Below are positions 35,913 to 45,925 of a DNA stretch of 62,439 bases, in pieces (position 1 is the first letter of the stretch; every line of letters starts with the position of its first letter). The position numbers and the translations under genes were made by a program. The stretch is taken from positions 1 through 62,439 of the IMG/VR virus record IMGVR_UViG_3300020045_001610; one strand, given 5' to 3'. The notes below the pieces were generated by a model. The model saw only the letters and a list, made by a program, of their open reading frames with translations. It ran no database searches and had not been told where the DNA came from. This stretch comes from a virus. Taxonomy: Duplodnaviria > Caudoviricetes.

Positions 35913-36170
35913 ATGTCAACAATACAAACTAAAACAATCGAAGTAATCCCAGACCGCACACAGCAGATAGTTATAAATAAAGCATTCGGTGTAACCCCGA
36001 CGATCACCACAGTTGACGAAAGCATTGTAGATGGTATCAGCAGAGTGACAGGCAATATGTCCACGCAGTTCAGTGCAGAGAACCCCTTGCACATGCAGCT
36101 GTATGCTGCCCTTGAGGCTGTTGTTGCGGAGATGCGTGTGCAAAGGGATGCTCCGGTGGTAGAAGCTTAA
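35913..36170 (+). CDS. fiber-associated small protein
   Basis: AAGGAG RBS; follows fiber. Confidence 0.55.
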   Translation: MSTIQTKTIEVIPDRTQQIVINKAFGVTPTITTVDESIVDGISRVTGNMSTQFSAENPLHMQLYAALEAVVAEMRVQRDAPVVEA

Positions 36171-36173
36171 TCA

Positions 36174-36211
36174 ATAAGCGCCTTCAGAGTTTAGTTTCTG
36201 ACGGCGCTTAT
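36174..36211. terminator. terminator between convergent arms
   Basis: ATAAGCGCC...GGCGCTTAT. Confidence 0.7.
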
Positions 36212-36217
36212 CTCTCT

Positions 36218-36691
36218 CTATTCGATTAACGAAACAATTCCCTCAGTTTCAAAACCGTCAATATCTTCAGGTAGCAGATCGAAAGATATTTTGTTTAAAA
36301 CTATTTCAGATTCTTCCTGCATCATTTTGTCATATTCAGCAGATTGCTTTTTAAAATCTTCAATTGCTTGACTGTATTTATCAGTCACCTCAGCAAAAGC
36401 TTTTTCAAAAGCAAATATGTCAATAATGTCATATTTGCTCAATTCTTCGTTAACTTTCACCAGCTTTGCGTTACCCGCTTCATCTTTGTTTGAGTGTTCA
36501 ATTGCAAGCATTGCTCTCTTCTGCTCATACTCAAGATACTCTTCAGATGGCTTCTTGCCCTCGTTTAACAATTCAAGCTCTTTCTTGATAAGTTCGCTGT
36601 TTCTAGCTACCCATACGGTAAACTTCGGCCCTTTGTGTCTACGCACATTCTGTAAAGCTGATAACATACCTTCCAATTCGCATTTTTTCAT
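36218..36691 (-). CDS. hypothetical helical protein
   Basis: AAGGAG RBS. Confidence 0.65.
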   Translation of the reverse strand: MKKCELEGMLSALQNVRRHKGPKFTVWVARNSELIKKELELLNEGKKPSEEYLEYEQKRAMLAIEHSNKDEAGNAKLVKVNEELSKYDIIDIFAFEKAFAEVTDKYSQAIEDFKKQSAEYDKMMQEESEIVLNKISFDLLPEDIDGFETEGIVSLIE

Positions 36692-36710
36692 AACTTCTCC
36701 TTTTGTTTAT

Positions 36711-38642
36711 TCAGAAAAACTTTAGTTGTTTTTCTGTTTTTAAATAACCGATGTCGTAAAGTATAGATTTAGTTTCTTCAACGTATCTAGCATAATCAAT
36801 ATTGTTTGGGAATGACGTTGGTAAATCCATAAGAGGAAACGCACCATCGCTTTTTGGAACCTTGTTACCTGTAGCAACGTAATTTATGGTTCCGGTAGTT
36901 CCCTTAGTATAAATCCATCTAACAACCTTGCCTAAATAAACTCCATCTTTTTCACCAGCACCTCTAACTTCTCGAACCGTCACAAATTTTGTAAGGTCTT
37001 TGCAATCTTGAATTGTTTTTTCAATCGGAACGTTACCCACAATAAGAGCAACTGCCGCGTCAACACAAATCAATGAAGTCGGATTCTTTTGCAGCCCTGG
37101 CGTTGAATAGCAGCCTTTAGCCTTGCATTTGCCGTCAAGTTTAACAGCCAAGTAGTTGTTGACATCTTTGAAGTACACGGCTGAATACCTAGTTTCTTCA
37201 GTCTCGAAGTTTGTCACTCGCTCCCATTCAGTAATTAATATATTCAGATGTTCATATCTATTAATGGGACATTTTATAACTATTCCATCCGTATTACCGC
37301 TTACAACTGGAATACCCGAAAGTTCGATTGACTCAATTAACATTAACAATGAAAGTTGACCTGAAACTGTAACTTGAAACATAAGGTCTGGGCTGTATAA
37401 TGAACTGTACTTACTAGCAAGTTTGCCGAAGCTGCCGTTGATTGTAATCTTAAGTGAATCTGCTGTAATTTTATCACCTGACTTTTTAGCTTTAAGTCTA
37501 CGATTAACAATGCTTTGATAGACCTTAAGAAAGTTTTCAGTAAGTTGCTTTGGAAAGAGTTTTTGATTCAGTATAATCATCGGGTAGTATGAACTTACGT
37601 CACGATCAATTAACAACGTAGTTTCATCTGCAATATGTGAAGCACATTCTTCAGTTGAATGCAACCCGCCGATACCCATACGATAGCTGGAATGACCAAC
37701 TTTAAGTGACTTTAAAGTTGAAAACTCAGGAGGTTCAATAACTGAACCATTTTCGTGAATAATAAAGTTTGCGTTTCGTACAACTTCGAGCATATTTTGA
37801 AGCAACGGGGTTTGAAACTTAATGTAGTCTGGAACATTATATTTGTAGATTGTTCCTGGTTCAATTGTAGGTCGTTTGGCCCAATACCCATTGCTCATTT
37901 TAACTTCTGAACAAATAACCGCTTCTGCTATTTGTGCATCCGATTTAGACCGCAAATCCTGATTATAGTCGTGTGATAGAACTGAACGAAGCTCTAATTG
38001 TGGGGATAATTCTTTTAAAAGGTCAAGTGTACCTTCGAGGTCATTAACGCAGTAGTTGCGAACGTTTAACATTTCTTCGGACGACAATGTTTGGTCTGGA
38101 TTATAAGGTAAATCCTGAAGTCGCTTTGAGTGCATTCGCCCCATATACTTTTTAAGTGACGCCGATAATGGGGCTACTTCAATGAGGTCAATATGGTTGA
38201 TTGATCCCATTTTGAACTTGAACGCCTTCTCGACGTCTGAAGGTCGCCAATTCTCTCTGATAATGAAGTCGGTAACGTTCTTTAGTGTTTCGGTCGTTGC
38301 GCCATTAAGTGCAAGCCATGTTAAAGGCATGTCGTATGAAATACTATTGAACCCACAGATTGTGAAGTTATGGAGAACAAATAGCAACTTGTGATAATCT
38401 AAAACTTTATCGGCAGTTCTCTCGAAGTAAACTATTTTGTTTGAATAGTAGCATCTGAACGCAATCAACCAATACGTAGAATAACACTCAGTATCAAACA
38501 CCAACACTCCACCCTTAGCAGCATAAAGTTCATCGTCTGTAAACAACTCAAACGGAACTTCTTCACGCTCTAAAGCGACTGTTGAAGTCTTTGTACGTTG
38601 TTTACGTTTAGCTGGTTCGTTTGGTAGGTCGAAGAATTTCAC
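36711..38642 (-). CDS. DNA polymerase (family B-like) with 3'-5' exonuclease
   Basis: FDTE, FNSISYD, YCVND; DVSSYYP, KITINGSFG, NTDG. Confidence 0.9.
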   Translation of the reverse strand: MKFFDLPNEPAKRKQRTKTSTVALEREEVPFELFTDDELYAAKGGVLVFDTECYSTYWLIAFRCYYSNKIVYFERTADKVLDYHKLLFVLHNFTICGFNSISYDMPLTWLALNGATTETLKNVTDFIIRENWRPSDVEKAFKFKMGSINHIDLIEVAPLSASLKKYMGRMHSKRLQDLPYNPDQTLSSEEMLNVRNYCVNDLEGTLDLLKELSPQLELRSVLSHDYNQDLRSKSDAQIAEAVICSEVKMSNGYWAKRPTIEPGTIYKYNVPDYIKFQTPLLQNMLEVVRNANFIIHENGSVIEPPEFSTLKSLKVGHSSYRMGIGGLHSTEECASHIADETTLLIDRDVSSYYPMIILNQKLFPKQLTENFLKVYQSIVNRRLKAKKSGDKITADSLKITINGSFGKLASKYSSLYSPDLMFQVTVSGQLSLLMLIESIELSGIPVVSGNTDGIVIKCPINRYEHLNILITEWERVTNFETEETRYSAVYFKDVNNYLAVKLDGKCKAKGCYSTPGLQKNPTSLICVDAAVALIVGNVPIEKTIQDCKDLTKFVTVREVRGAGEKDGVYLGKVVRWIYTKGTTGTINYVATGNKVPKSDGAFPLMDLPTSFPNNIDYARYVEETKSILYDIGYLKTEKQLKFF

Positions 38643-39649
38643 GAACTGACACCTGCGATAGCTCCACGAACGCCGTAGCCATAGAAGAACGCAACATTGT
38701 GGGAATAAAAGTCAACAGTTTCAATGCACGATTCAATACGTTTCAGTCGTTTGATGTTAAATGCAGGGCCGTGACGCAAACCGGCGACTTCACAAACAGC
38801 TCCTTCGTGTTTGTCCCTGTGAGATTGCAACGCACCGTCTACGAAGTAAACTGTCTTTTCAGCTTCTTTACCGTTACTAAAAGGCTCTACGTTGTTCAAT
38901 GCTTCAAAGAATCCTTTAGGCAAAGGTTCAGGTTTAGACGGCTTGTTTAATATTACATTTATATCAGGCCAGCTTTCTTCGTAAAGTTGAGAACGCAGCC
39001 AAGATTCATCCTCAAAGTACACTGTGCAACTGTTATCTGAGCGACCAAACTTAGTTAATTTCTTTTTAGTATTAATTATTGCAGTAACGAACGCTTTGGG
39101 TAAAATGCAAGTCGGTAGGTTCAAACCATGCCATGCCTCAAGCAGAACTGCTCCGTCTGAAGCAAATGCTGAGTTCTCACGAATCAGAATTGAGCATTCG
39201 ACTATCCTTTTCTTATCAGAGTCAACAGTGAAGCCGCTTATCTGTTCTAATTTGTCACGGAGAACGTCTGAGATGCCGCACAAGGGAGGATCGGGAGCCA
39301 ACGCAGGCATACCCTCATGCCAACAGGGAACGAAGCAGGAGAACGAGCCTGATTTTATACTAAGCCTGCCTTCAAGCTCAGTAATGGAAACATCCTTTGT
39401 CGTGCGTTCCAAGGCTGCAATCAGTTTATAAGTATTTGGTGCAATTTCAAGAGTTTCCTCAATCTTTGCACCTGCGGTAATTGTGCCGTTAAACGCCATC
39501 GCCCAACCGTTATGAAGCACACAATGAGTTTTATAAGGTGCATCATCTTCAGGCTTTTGAGCTACTGAGATAAAACTTATAGCATTAATTAAGTTCTGGC
39601 AAGTAGGTGACAGTGATTTCGATTTAGTTTTGCGGGGTGCTTTTGCCAT
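38639..39649 (-). CDS. putative sliding clamp-like protein
   Basis: coupled to polymerase; position and AFNG/ASDG/WP pattern as in PA73-like phages. Confidence 0.65.
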   Translation of the reverse strand: MAKAPRKTKSKSLSPTCQNLINAISFISVAQKPEDDAPYKTHCVLHNGWAMAFNGTITAGAKIEETLEIAPNTYKLIAALERTTKDVSITELEGRLSIKSGSFSCFVPCWHEGMPALAPDPPLCGISDVLRDKLEQISGFTVDSDKKRIVECSILIRENSAFASDGAVLLEAWHGLNLPTCILPKAFVTAIINTKKKLTKFGRSDNSCTVYFEDESWLRSQLYEESWPDINVILNKPSKPEPLPKGFFEALNNVEPFSNGKEAEKTVYFVDGALQSHRDKHEGAVCEVAGLRHGPAFNIKRLKRIESCIETVDFYSHNVAFFYGYGVRGAIAGVSS

Positions 39650-39662
39650 TTCAATTCCTTTC

Positions 39663-39872
39663 TTAAAAAGGGAGTTCAATGCTCCCCCATTCGCCACAAG
39701 CTTTAGCAATTATCTTTGCAGGTGGTCGTTGATCGTACAGAATGCAAACTTCACGTTCAAGTTCAAATCTAGTGCAATTTAAACACGAACGCAACTGCGT
39801 GTCAAGTATAAAAATGAGTTGCTTGCATAATTCTTCAGACAAATCTTTAATCGCTTGTTCGCGTTCTGTCAT
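39663..39872 (-). CDS. small Cys protein
   Basis: SCLNC...C...RPPAKII..C. Confidence 0.55.
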   Translation of the reverse strand: MTEREQAIKDLSEELCKQLIFILDTQLRSCLNCTRFELEREVCILYDQRPPAKIIAKACGEWGSIELPF

Positions 39873-39885
39873 TTGAAGCTCCGTT

Positions 39886-40110
39886 CTAAGATTGTTTAAT
39901 AACATTGTCACGAATCATTTGCTTGTAAGCTTCTATTTTATAAAACTTAATTTCAAGTTGCTTTATCAAATTGTCAGCACAAGCAAGTTCTTGCATAATA
40001 TCGGCATCTTCAAATACCCATTCATTTTGAGATAAACCACCCAAACTGTATTGGTCAAGTTCTCTAGCTTTTTCAAATATTTCGTATCTGTTATTCAGTT
40101 TATATTTCAT
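39886..40110 (-). CDS. hypothetical protein
   Basis: ORF in operon. Confidence 0.55.
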   Translation of the reverse strand: MKYKLNNRYEIFEKARELDQYSLGGLSQNEWVFEDADIMQELACADNLIKQLEIKFYKIEAYKQMIRDNVIKQS

Positions 40111-40111
40111 T

Positions 40112-41809
40112 TCACCACTCCACAGATTTAATTTCAGGATATTGCAAATCAGTTTGCACGTTTATACGCTTTGGGCAACGCAATTGACTAACATAAATAA
40201 GTGCGTCGTCTACTGTAATTGGAACTGGTAAAGAACTTCGTTGCTGCCACCAGCTAATTGCCTTGTTTTTAATCATACCTTTAGCTTCAAACGGTACGTA
40301 TTCAGAATGTCTTTGCAGTCCACAATAGTAAGAAACTTTCAAACAAGGAACACCTATTGCATTCTTTTTAGAGTTGTGCTTGTGATAGATAACTCTTGTC
40401 ACGTCGAACGTTTCAATTACAGGTTCACTGAACTCTGTACTTAAAAACTCAGCAGTTCCTGCGTCGGCAACAAGTTTAGTTTTGAAAACGAACTCAGCCC
40501 CACAACCTTCATCTGATGGATAAGGTTTACCACCGCAGTAGCGAGCTGAAGCATGATTATACATTCCACAACCTGAACCTTCTTTAACAGACTTTTCTTC
40601 GCAGATTCGTATAGGCGCATCCCCAACTTTATCACCTTTCTTTGTGGGTATATTCGGAGCGTCTATTGGCCCCAACCTCTTACGGTTGCCAGCAAAATCA
40701 AGCACCAATGCGTTGCGCTTAACGTAGTCAAAACCTTTGACATATTGCTGAGGGTTGTTGAAGTCGTAAGGTCTAGTTAACCTCCCAAGCATCTGAACCC
40801 ACTTTGAAGCTGACATTGTAGAGCGTAGCATTAAACAGAAGTCAATTGGTGGAAAGTCGTAACCAGTTGTGAACTTTTCATTCCCACATACAACCTTGAT
40901 TTCACCTGACTCAAATGCTGTAAAGCGTTTATCGCATTCAGAAGCAGTCAGTTTTGAATGTATTGCAACAGCACTTACACCGAAGCTTTGAAGTATCTCA
41001 GCAGCCATTTCGCTTGTTTTTATTCCAGAGCAAAACGTCAGCCCACAATTGCGAGCGTAGATATAAGGTAGCGATTCCTTTACTGCTTCGTATATAACTT
41101 TTTCAGTAGCATCTTCAAGCTGCCTTACAGCAAAGTCGCCGTTCATCATTTTTATAGAAGTTGTATCTACTTCAATGTTTGTTCGTAGCGGTATCAATGG
41201 CGCAAGATACCCTAAATCTATAAATCTTCTGAAACAAGCGGGTGTTGAAAGGTCAATACAAATATCGTCAAACGTTTCACCGTCTGTTATTAAACCTTGC
41301 CCACTTCTATACGGTGTTGCCGTCATTCCAATTACTTTTAAGTTTGGATTTATCTCTTTAAGTCTATTTATAATTTTTTGGTACATCGTATTTTCATCTT
41401 GAGACACTAGATGTACTTCATCAATGAAAATTATATCTCTATGACCAAATGCGTCAATATTATTAACTGCCGAAGCTACACCAGCTACTACAATTGGGTG
41501 CGCTGTATCTTTGCTATTTAACCCTGCTGAATAAACTCCAAGTGCCGCGTCAGCCCATAATAACCTAATTGCCTTAATGTCCTGGGTGAGAATCTTTTCA
41601 ACGTGCGATAAAATCAACCAACGTTGATTGCACCATTGAGTAAATGTTTGATAAACAAAGCCTGCTAGTATAAGCGATTTGCCACAACCTGTTGGAATCA
41701 CTGCAATAATGTTTCCATCGTTGCCCTGCCGGTAATAATCAGAAAAGGAATTAATAGTCTCTATCTGGTAATCACGCAATTGAATTTCTTTGTGGACTTG
41801 TAAACTCAT
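40112..41809 (-). CDS. SF2 helicase (RadD/YejH-like)
   Basis: LRDYQ, PTGCGKS, DEVH, TATP, QMLGR. Confidence 0.92.
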   Translation of the reverse strand: MSLQVHKEIQLRDYQIETINSFSDYYRQGNDGNIIAVIPTGCGKSLILAGFVYQTFTQWCNQRWLILSHVEKILTQDIKAIRLLWADAALGVYSAGLNSKDTAHPIVVAGVASAVNNIDAFGHRDIIFIDEVHLVSQDENTMYQKIINRLKEINPNLKVIGMTATPYRSGQGLITDGETFDDICIDLSTPACFRRFIDLGYLAPLIPLRTNIEVDTTSIKMMNGDFAVRQLEDATEKVIYEAVKESLPYIYARNCGLTFCSGIKTSEMAAEILQSFGVSAVAIHSKLTASECDKRFTAFESGEIKVVCGNEKFTTGYDFPPIDFCLMLRSTMSASKWVQMLGRLTRPYDFNNPQQYVKGFDYVKRNALVLDFAGNRKRLGPIDAPNIPTKKGDKVGDAPIRICEEKSVKEGSGCGMYNHASARYCGGKPYPSDEGCGAEFVFKTKLVADAGTAEFLSTEFSEPVIETFDVTRVIYHKHNSKKNAIGVPCLKVSYYCGLQRHSEYVPFEAKGMIKNKAISWWQQRSSLPVPITVDDALIYVSQLRCPKRINVQTDLQYPEIKSVEW

Positions 41810-42150
41810 AAACAATAAGTCTCCACTTTAGCAGCTTTACCACGCCGTACCATATCGGCAGTACCTGCTCCGCCTGGAAACGCTAGAATCATGTCAGGGC
41901 AAGCAAATTCAAGCATCCATTGGTTACGAATCGAACCTGCTTTGTTGTCGTAGCAATCCCAATTTGTATCGCATTGAAAACACGCAATTCCATGCAGTTT
42001 AGTCCATTTCTTACTAAGTAAGTCAGCACCTTTAGCGCCACCTTGAATAATACAAATTGTACCGAAGTCAAGCAAAGCTCTGTCAAGAACTGAGAATAGA
42101 AACGATTCGTTGTTGTATGTTCTGCCGCCGCAGACTAGGATTCGTTTCAT
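41806..42150 (-). CDS. YspA/SLOG-family protein (DUF2493-like)
   Basis: ILVCGGR, GGAKGAD, AGSIRN..M, AFPGGAGT. Confidence 0.85.
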   Translation of the reverse strand: MKRILVCGGRTYNNESFLFSVLDRALLDFGTICIIQGGAKGADLLSKKWTKLHGIACFQCDTNWDCYDNKAGSIRNQWMLEFACPDMILAFPGGAGTADMVRRGKAAKVETYCL

Positions 42151-42297
42151 TCAAAGCAATCCTGAAGCGAATTGCAAACCCACATGTTATCGTGGAAGTC
42201 GCTTACTATGAATTGCTCGTTTGACGTTTCAAAAGCCCATCGTTTGCAAGCTATTTTTAGTTGCGATTCTGAATAGTTCATTTGTTTCTCCTCTAGT

Positions 42298-42417
42298 CTA
42301 CTCGCAACCCTGCAATTCCCATTCGGCGCGGGTGATTACTCCAATATAAGGTATCTTTTTGGATTGCCCAATGTATACTGCAATCACACCGTCCTGGTAT
42401 TTAAGCCAAGTTGTCAC
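42298..42417 (-). CDS. 39-aa protein downstream of RNA motif copy 2
   Basis: GGGAGG RBS, GTG start. Confidence 0.45.
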   Translation of the reverse strand: MTTWLKYQDGVIAVYIGQSKKIPYIGVITRAEWELQGCE

Positions 42418-42438
42418 AGAAAACCTCCCTGAAATATT

Positions 42439-42528
42439 AAAACCTCACAAAGACCGAGGGGCATTCGATCTAAGGAGGCTTTAACCTCGCAATTACTTGC
42501 GAACTGATAACAAGTCATGCCCGACTTG
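42439..42528 (-). ncRNA. kissing-loop cis-regulatory RNA, copy 2
   Basis: loop GGGCAT complementary to loop ATGCCC; after promoter TTGACA-17-TACTAT. Confidence 0.6.
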
Positions 42529-42576
42529 ATGTTTTATGTGCGACGGATAGTAGCTGAAGTTTGAGTGTTTGTCAAG

Positions 42577-42744
42577 TTAATTTTCGTGAGTTGCACTAAT
42601 TTCAAAAGTTTTAATTTGTAAAACAGTTCGTTCGCTTTCATTGTAACTTAAATAAAGTTCAAACCATTTATTTAAAGCAAACGATTCAAGTTCGTTTTCT
42701 GCTGTTACTAACAACCTACCTTTACTTGATATTTCAGCTTTCAT
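42577..42744 (-). CDS. hypothetical protein
   Basis: ATGA overlap with nuclease. Confidence 0.5.
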   Translation of the reverse strand: MKAEISSKGRLLVTAENELESFALNKWFELYLSYNESERTVLQIKTFEISATHEN

Positions 42745-43634
42745 ATTATACTCTCCCAAACTTCACAAGCGAGTTTAATTGAATCCTTCGGTATAATTGC
42801 ATCCCATTGTTCACAGTACCATTCAGCCGAATCTACAGGATGCGATTTGCGACAACTACGACAATTAACTAACGCAGGTTCATTTGAATGACATACTAAT
42901 TTTGCATCACAATACTGGCATTCGTAATAGCTTTGGCTCATACTAATTCCAGCAGGAGCGACTTCGCTGAATATTATCATCTCTGCCTTTTTCTCAAGCG
43001 AAGCCCCTAAGAAATGATCCAGCTTCACAAGTTCAATATGAAGGTTGTCATCATTTTTGCAAACTGAAATATAAAGAGCGTGTTCAAGACCTAGCTTATA
43101 TCCATACATCGACATCTGAGCAAAATGAACAGGCTTGTAACTTTTAACACCTTCTTTAACAAGCTTATCAAAGTTACTTACTTTTGCGCCTTGTTTACCA
43201 AGCCCTTGCGTTTTATACTCAATTAAGATAGAACCTACGTCATCTCTATAACCAATACCGTCAACAGAACCTCCAAAATGACCTTTGCAAGCAGATATTC
43301 TAATTTGCCTCTTCCCTTTGTCAAGTTCTGTATCATCTTTGTGGGCATCGTCAAACTCTCTGACAGTAAATCCAATACCTTCAACTAAGGCTTTCAGCTT
43401 TGGTTCTTCAAAATGCCCACGATGGAGCAGTCTTTGCATTCTACCATCAAAATGAACATAGAACGTCCATCTAAATTTCAACCACAAAAGTTTACTACAA
43501 GATTGACCTATCTCCGACGCTCCGAGATGTGATCTAAATCCGTCGTCAAATTTAATTTCGCAATATTGGTCAATTTCATCCTTTATCTGCCGCGACAGTT
43601 GCGCTAGTGCGCCTGGGGTGGTGAGGTCTAACAT
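42741..43634 (-). CDS. PD-(D/E)xK (Cas4/RecB-like) exonuclease
   Basis: RSHLGAS...C, GSVDG, IEYKT, QMSMY, C-terminal CxxC..C. Confidence 0.85.
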   Translation of the reverse strand: MLDLTTPGALAQLSRQIKDEIDQYCEIKFDDGFRSHLGASEIGQSCSKLLWLKFRWTFYVHFDGRMQRLLHRGHFEEPKLKALVEGIGFTVREFDDAHKDDTELDKGKRQIRISACKGHFGGSVDGIGYRDDVGSILIEYKTQGLGKQGAKVSNFDKLVKEGVKSYKPVHFAQMSMYGYKLGLEHALYISVCKNDDNLHIELVKLDHFLGASLEKKAEMIIFSEVAPAGISMSQSYYECQYCDAKLVCHSNEPALVNCRSCRKSHPVDSAEWYCEQWDAIIPKDSIKLACEVWESII

Positions 43635-43855
43635 TCAAGACCTTGCTCTTTCAGATAAGCTATAAACTCAGGATTAGGTATTATCGCAACTGCTTTCAAT
43701 TCATAGCCTTTAATATTGTCCTCAGTTCTGTAAGCGATTGTAAATACAAAATTTGGAGTTTCTGGAAGACTGTCTTTTAATATTTCAAGAGTTCCTATTT
43801 GTTCATTGGTATTAAATTTGTCTGCTAAAATTGGAACTTTGATATATTCTTTCAT
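43628..43855 (-). CDS. hypothetical protein
   Basis: RBS AAGGGG. Confidence 0.55.
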   Translation of the reverse strand: MKEYIKVPILADKFNTNEQIGTLEILKDSLPETPNFVFTIAYRTEDNIKGYELKAVAIIPNPEFIAYLKEQGLEC

Positions 43856-43867
43856 TATAACCCCTTT

Positions 43868-44062
43868 TTAAAATTTAGTACAAAGTTCTAAAGCTTGCTT
43901 TTCGTCAAAACCGGCAGACAACAACGCGTCGTATTTGGCTTTTGCAAGTTTGGCTTGTTCAATAGCATACAGAATTGCAATTGGCATCATCACTTTAAAG
44001 TTTTCAAAGTCACTTTTAAGTTGTCGCTCTTTTTCTTCTTTTGTAAATATTGGTGTTTGCAT
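43868..44062 (-). CDS. hypothetical protein
   Basis: AAAGGA RBS; AGFDEKQALELC. Confidence 0.6.
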   Translation of the reverse strand: MQTPIFTKEEKERQLKSDFENFKVMMPIAILYAIEQAKLAKAKYDALLSAGFDEKQALELCTKF

Positions 44063-44128
44063 AAAAATCCTTTTAAAGTCGTAGCTACTCAGAGGACGGC
44101 GCTGTTGCCAACGCCGCCGACTCAATAT

Positions 44129-44770
44129 CTAAGCAGGTTTGGTCGCCCAAGGGGGAACTGAAGTTGCCGCCGGTGTTGCAGCCGGTGCCCCCCATGCAGG
44201 CGCAGCAGGAGTTGCTGCCGGTGCAGCTTCGACAGGAGCGCCCCAAACAGGCGCGGCTGGTGTGGCAGCGGTTACAGAAGGTGCTGGTGGCTGAGGCGGT
44301 GCAGCAGGAGCCGCTGCCGGTGCTGATCCTGGCGCTGAACCGGCTTTGCTGCCGTCTGCGTTCAAAACGTACTTGATTTCGGTGTAACCCTTTGCGGCGG
44401 CTTCTGCGTCCTTCTGAAGACCGACAACCATCCTCAGCGGGATATTATGCAATTGAGCCGTATTTGCAAGCTGCTGGACATGGCAAACATGACCAAGTGC
44501 AGACAATTGACCTTTTGCGATGTTTGCTGCAACTTCACTGTCACTGAAGTAGTTGACGCGATAGATACCTTCAGCGCCGGAATGCTCGCCCTCAATAATA
44601 CGAACGTCGAACTTGATGTAAGCTGCGTTCGGTTTGTTGGCAACCGGCACAACTTCAGATTCGGTAATTACTACCAAATGACCTTTTGAATCTGATACGG
44701 GAAGCTGATTGCCACCTGTTGCTGGTGCTACGCTGTTGACATCAAAAGCTTGTGGGAATTGGAAACTCAT
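44129..44770 (-). CDS. ssDNA-binding protein (DUF669-like)
   Basis: GGAGG RBS; OB-like N-part, Ala/Pro tail ending PPW. Confidence 0.75.
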   Translation of the reverse strand: MSFQFPQAFDVNSVAPATGGNQLPVSDSKGHLVVITESEVVPVANKPNAAYIKFDVRIIEGEHSGAEGIYRVNYFSDSEVAANIAKGQLSALGHVCHVQQLANTAQLHNIPLRMVVGLQKDAEAAAKGYTEIKYVLNADGSKAGSAPGSAPAAAPAAPPQPPAPSVTAATPAAPVWGAPVEAAPAATPAAPAWGAPAATPAATSVPPWATKPA

Positions 44771-44997
44771 AACTAAATTACCTCCTGGATTTGGGCTTCT
44801 TGAAGCCACATATTTTTGCTTTCTTTTTCAATGAAGAGAATGAAATATTTATTGACTCCGTATGTGTGAGCACAATCGTCAATAATACCTTCTCCAAATG
44901 GGGTTGAAACCTTCTGACCTGATTCAAACTTAAACTCAACAACTTTCATTTTAAACTCTCCTATGTGTTGTGATTAGCCTCGTGAGGCTTTGATTAT

Positions 44998-45195
44998 CTA
45001 CGCGCTGGCATTGGAGCGCAAGGTGGCACACGGCGGAATTGAATACTTTGCATCTTCTTTTGCAATAATGCTTCGCAGCAAAGTTTGTTTAGATTCGGAA
45101 CGACTTTTATTATCGCCACTGAGATGATTCTTGTTGTGGTATTCAAGCATCTCAATCGCCAAAACTTCTTCAACGATGTCTCTAATTTCTGACAT
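44998..45195 (-). CDS. hypothetical protein
   Basis: AAGGAG RBS. Confidence 0.55.
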   Translation of the reverse strand: MSEIRDIVEEVLAIEMLEYHNKNHLSGDNKSRSESKQTLLRSIIAKEDAKYSIPPCATLRSNASA

Positions 45196-45208
45196 AGTTT
45201 AGCTCCTT

Positions 45209-45433
45209 TTAAGCCACTTTAAGATTAACTACTAGATCAATAAACCCTTGGATTGTGTCAAGTTGTGTAATTGCATCGTCATCCAAAGTTACATCAAATT
45301 CATCTTCAAGACTTAGTGCAAATTCAATCCTGTCAAGTTCGTCAGCATCAAGACTGTCAAGAGTTGAATCGTTTTCTACTTTGCAACCAAACTGCTCTGC
45401 TGCGATTTCTTTTACTCTTTGTTCAATGTTCAC
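45209..45433 (-). CDS. acyl carrier protein-like, Ser-to-Glu at attachment site
   Basis: IEQRVKEIAAEQFG...DADELDRIE..LSLEDEFD...IDL aligns with AcpP. Confidence 0.8.
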   Translation of the reverse strand: MNIEQRVKEIAAEQFGCKVENDSTLDSLDADELDRIEFALSLEDEFDVTLDDDAITQLDTIQGFIDLVVNLKVA

Positions 45434-45450
45434 GGTGTAACCCCCTGAGT

Positions 45451-45639
45451 TTAATACGAACCGTTTTCTATACGTTTTTCTTCAGCAGCAGGTTTATAAA
45501 CGTTGCGCCAAAACTTAGCTTCGTCTTCCCAACCGCTCGTGTCTTCATTTGCTTTACCGCAGTAATAACCCATTTTGTTAGCGATAATTATCAGCCAAAC
45601 AAAAAGAATTACATTTAAAACTAAGCTGAGTTCAAGCAT
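45451..45639 (-). CDS. small membrane protein
   Basis: N-terminal TM. Confidence 0.5.
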   Translation of the reverse strand: MLELSLVLNVILFVWLIIIANKMGYYCGKANEDTSGWEDEAKFWRNVYKPAAEEKRIENGSY

Positions 45640-45650
45640 TGTATTTACTT

Positions 45651-45866
45651 TCAGTTAACTTTAATAAACCCCTTTGCAACTTGCCGCTGACGACGCGCAA
45701 CTTCAGAACTACCTTGAAGGCGTGGTCTGACTGCGTTGCTTCGGCTCCATTTATCGCCGCGTGTTACCATGCTGAGTGCTTCTTTACGTGAAAGTTTTGG
45801 ATTTGCTGCGAGGATTTCTTTGACTTGCTGATAGACGGGTTTTTCATAATAATAGTCGTGTCTCAC
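45651..45866 (-). CDS. basic hypothetical protein
   Basis: AAGGAG RBS. Confidence 0.55.
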   Translation of the reverse strand: MRHDYYYEKPVYQQVKEILAANPKLSRKEALSMVTRGDKWSRSNAVRPRLQGSSEVARRQRQVAKGFIKVN

Positions 45867-45925
45867 TTATTCTCTCCTTTCTTCAGGCTGTGCCTGAGTA
45901 GTTATTTGCTGCTTTGTTGCGAATA

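Noticed and set aside
42741-43634. CRISPR cas4
   Set aside because: solo phage exonuclease in a recombination module; no other cas genes or array
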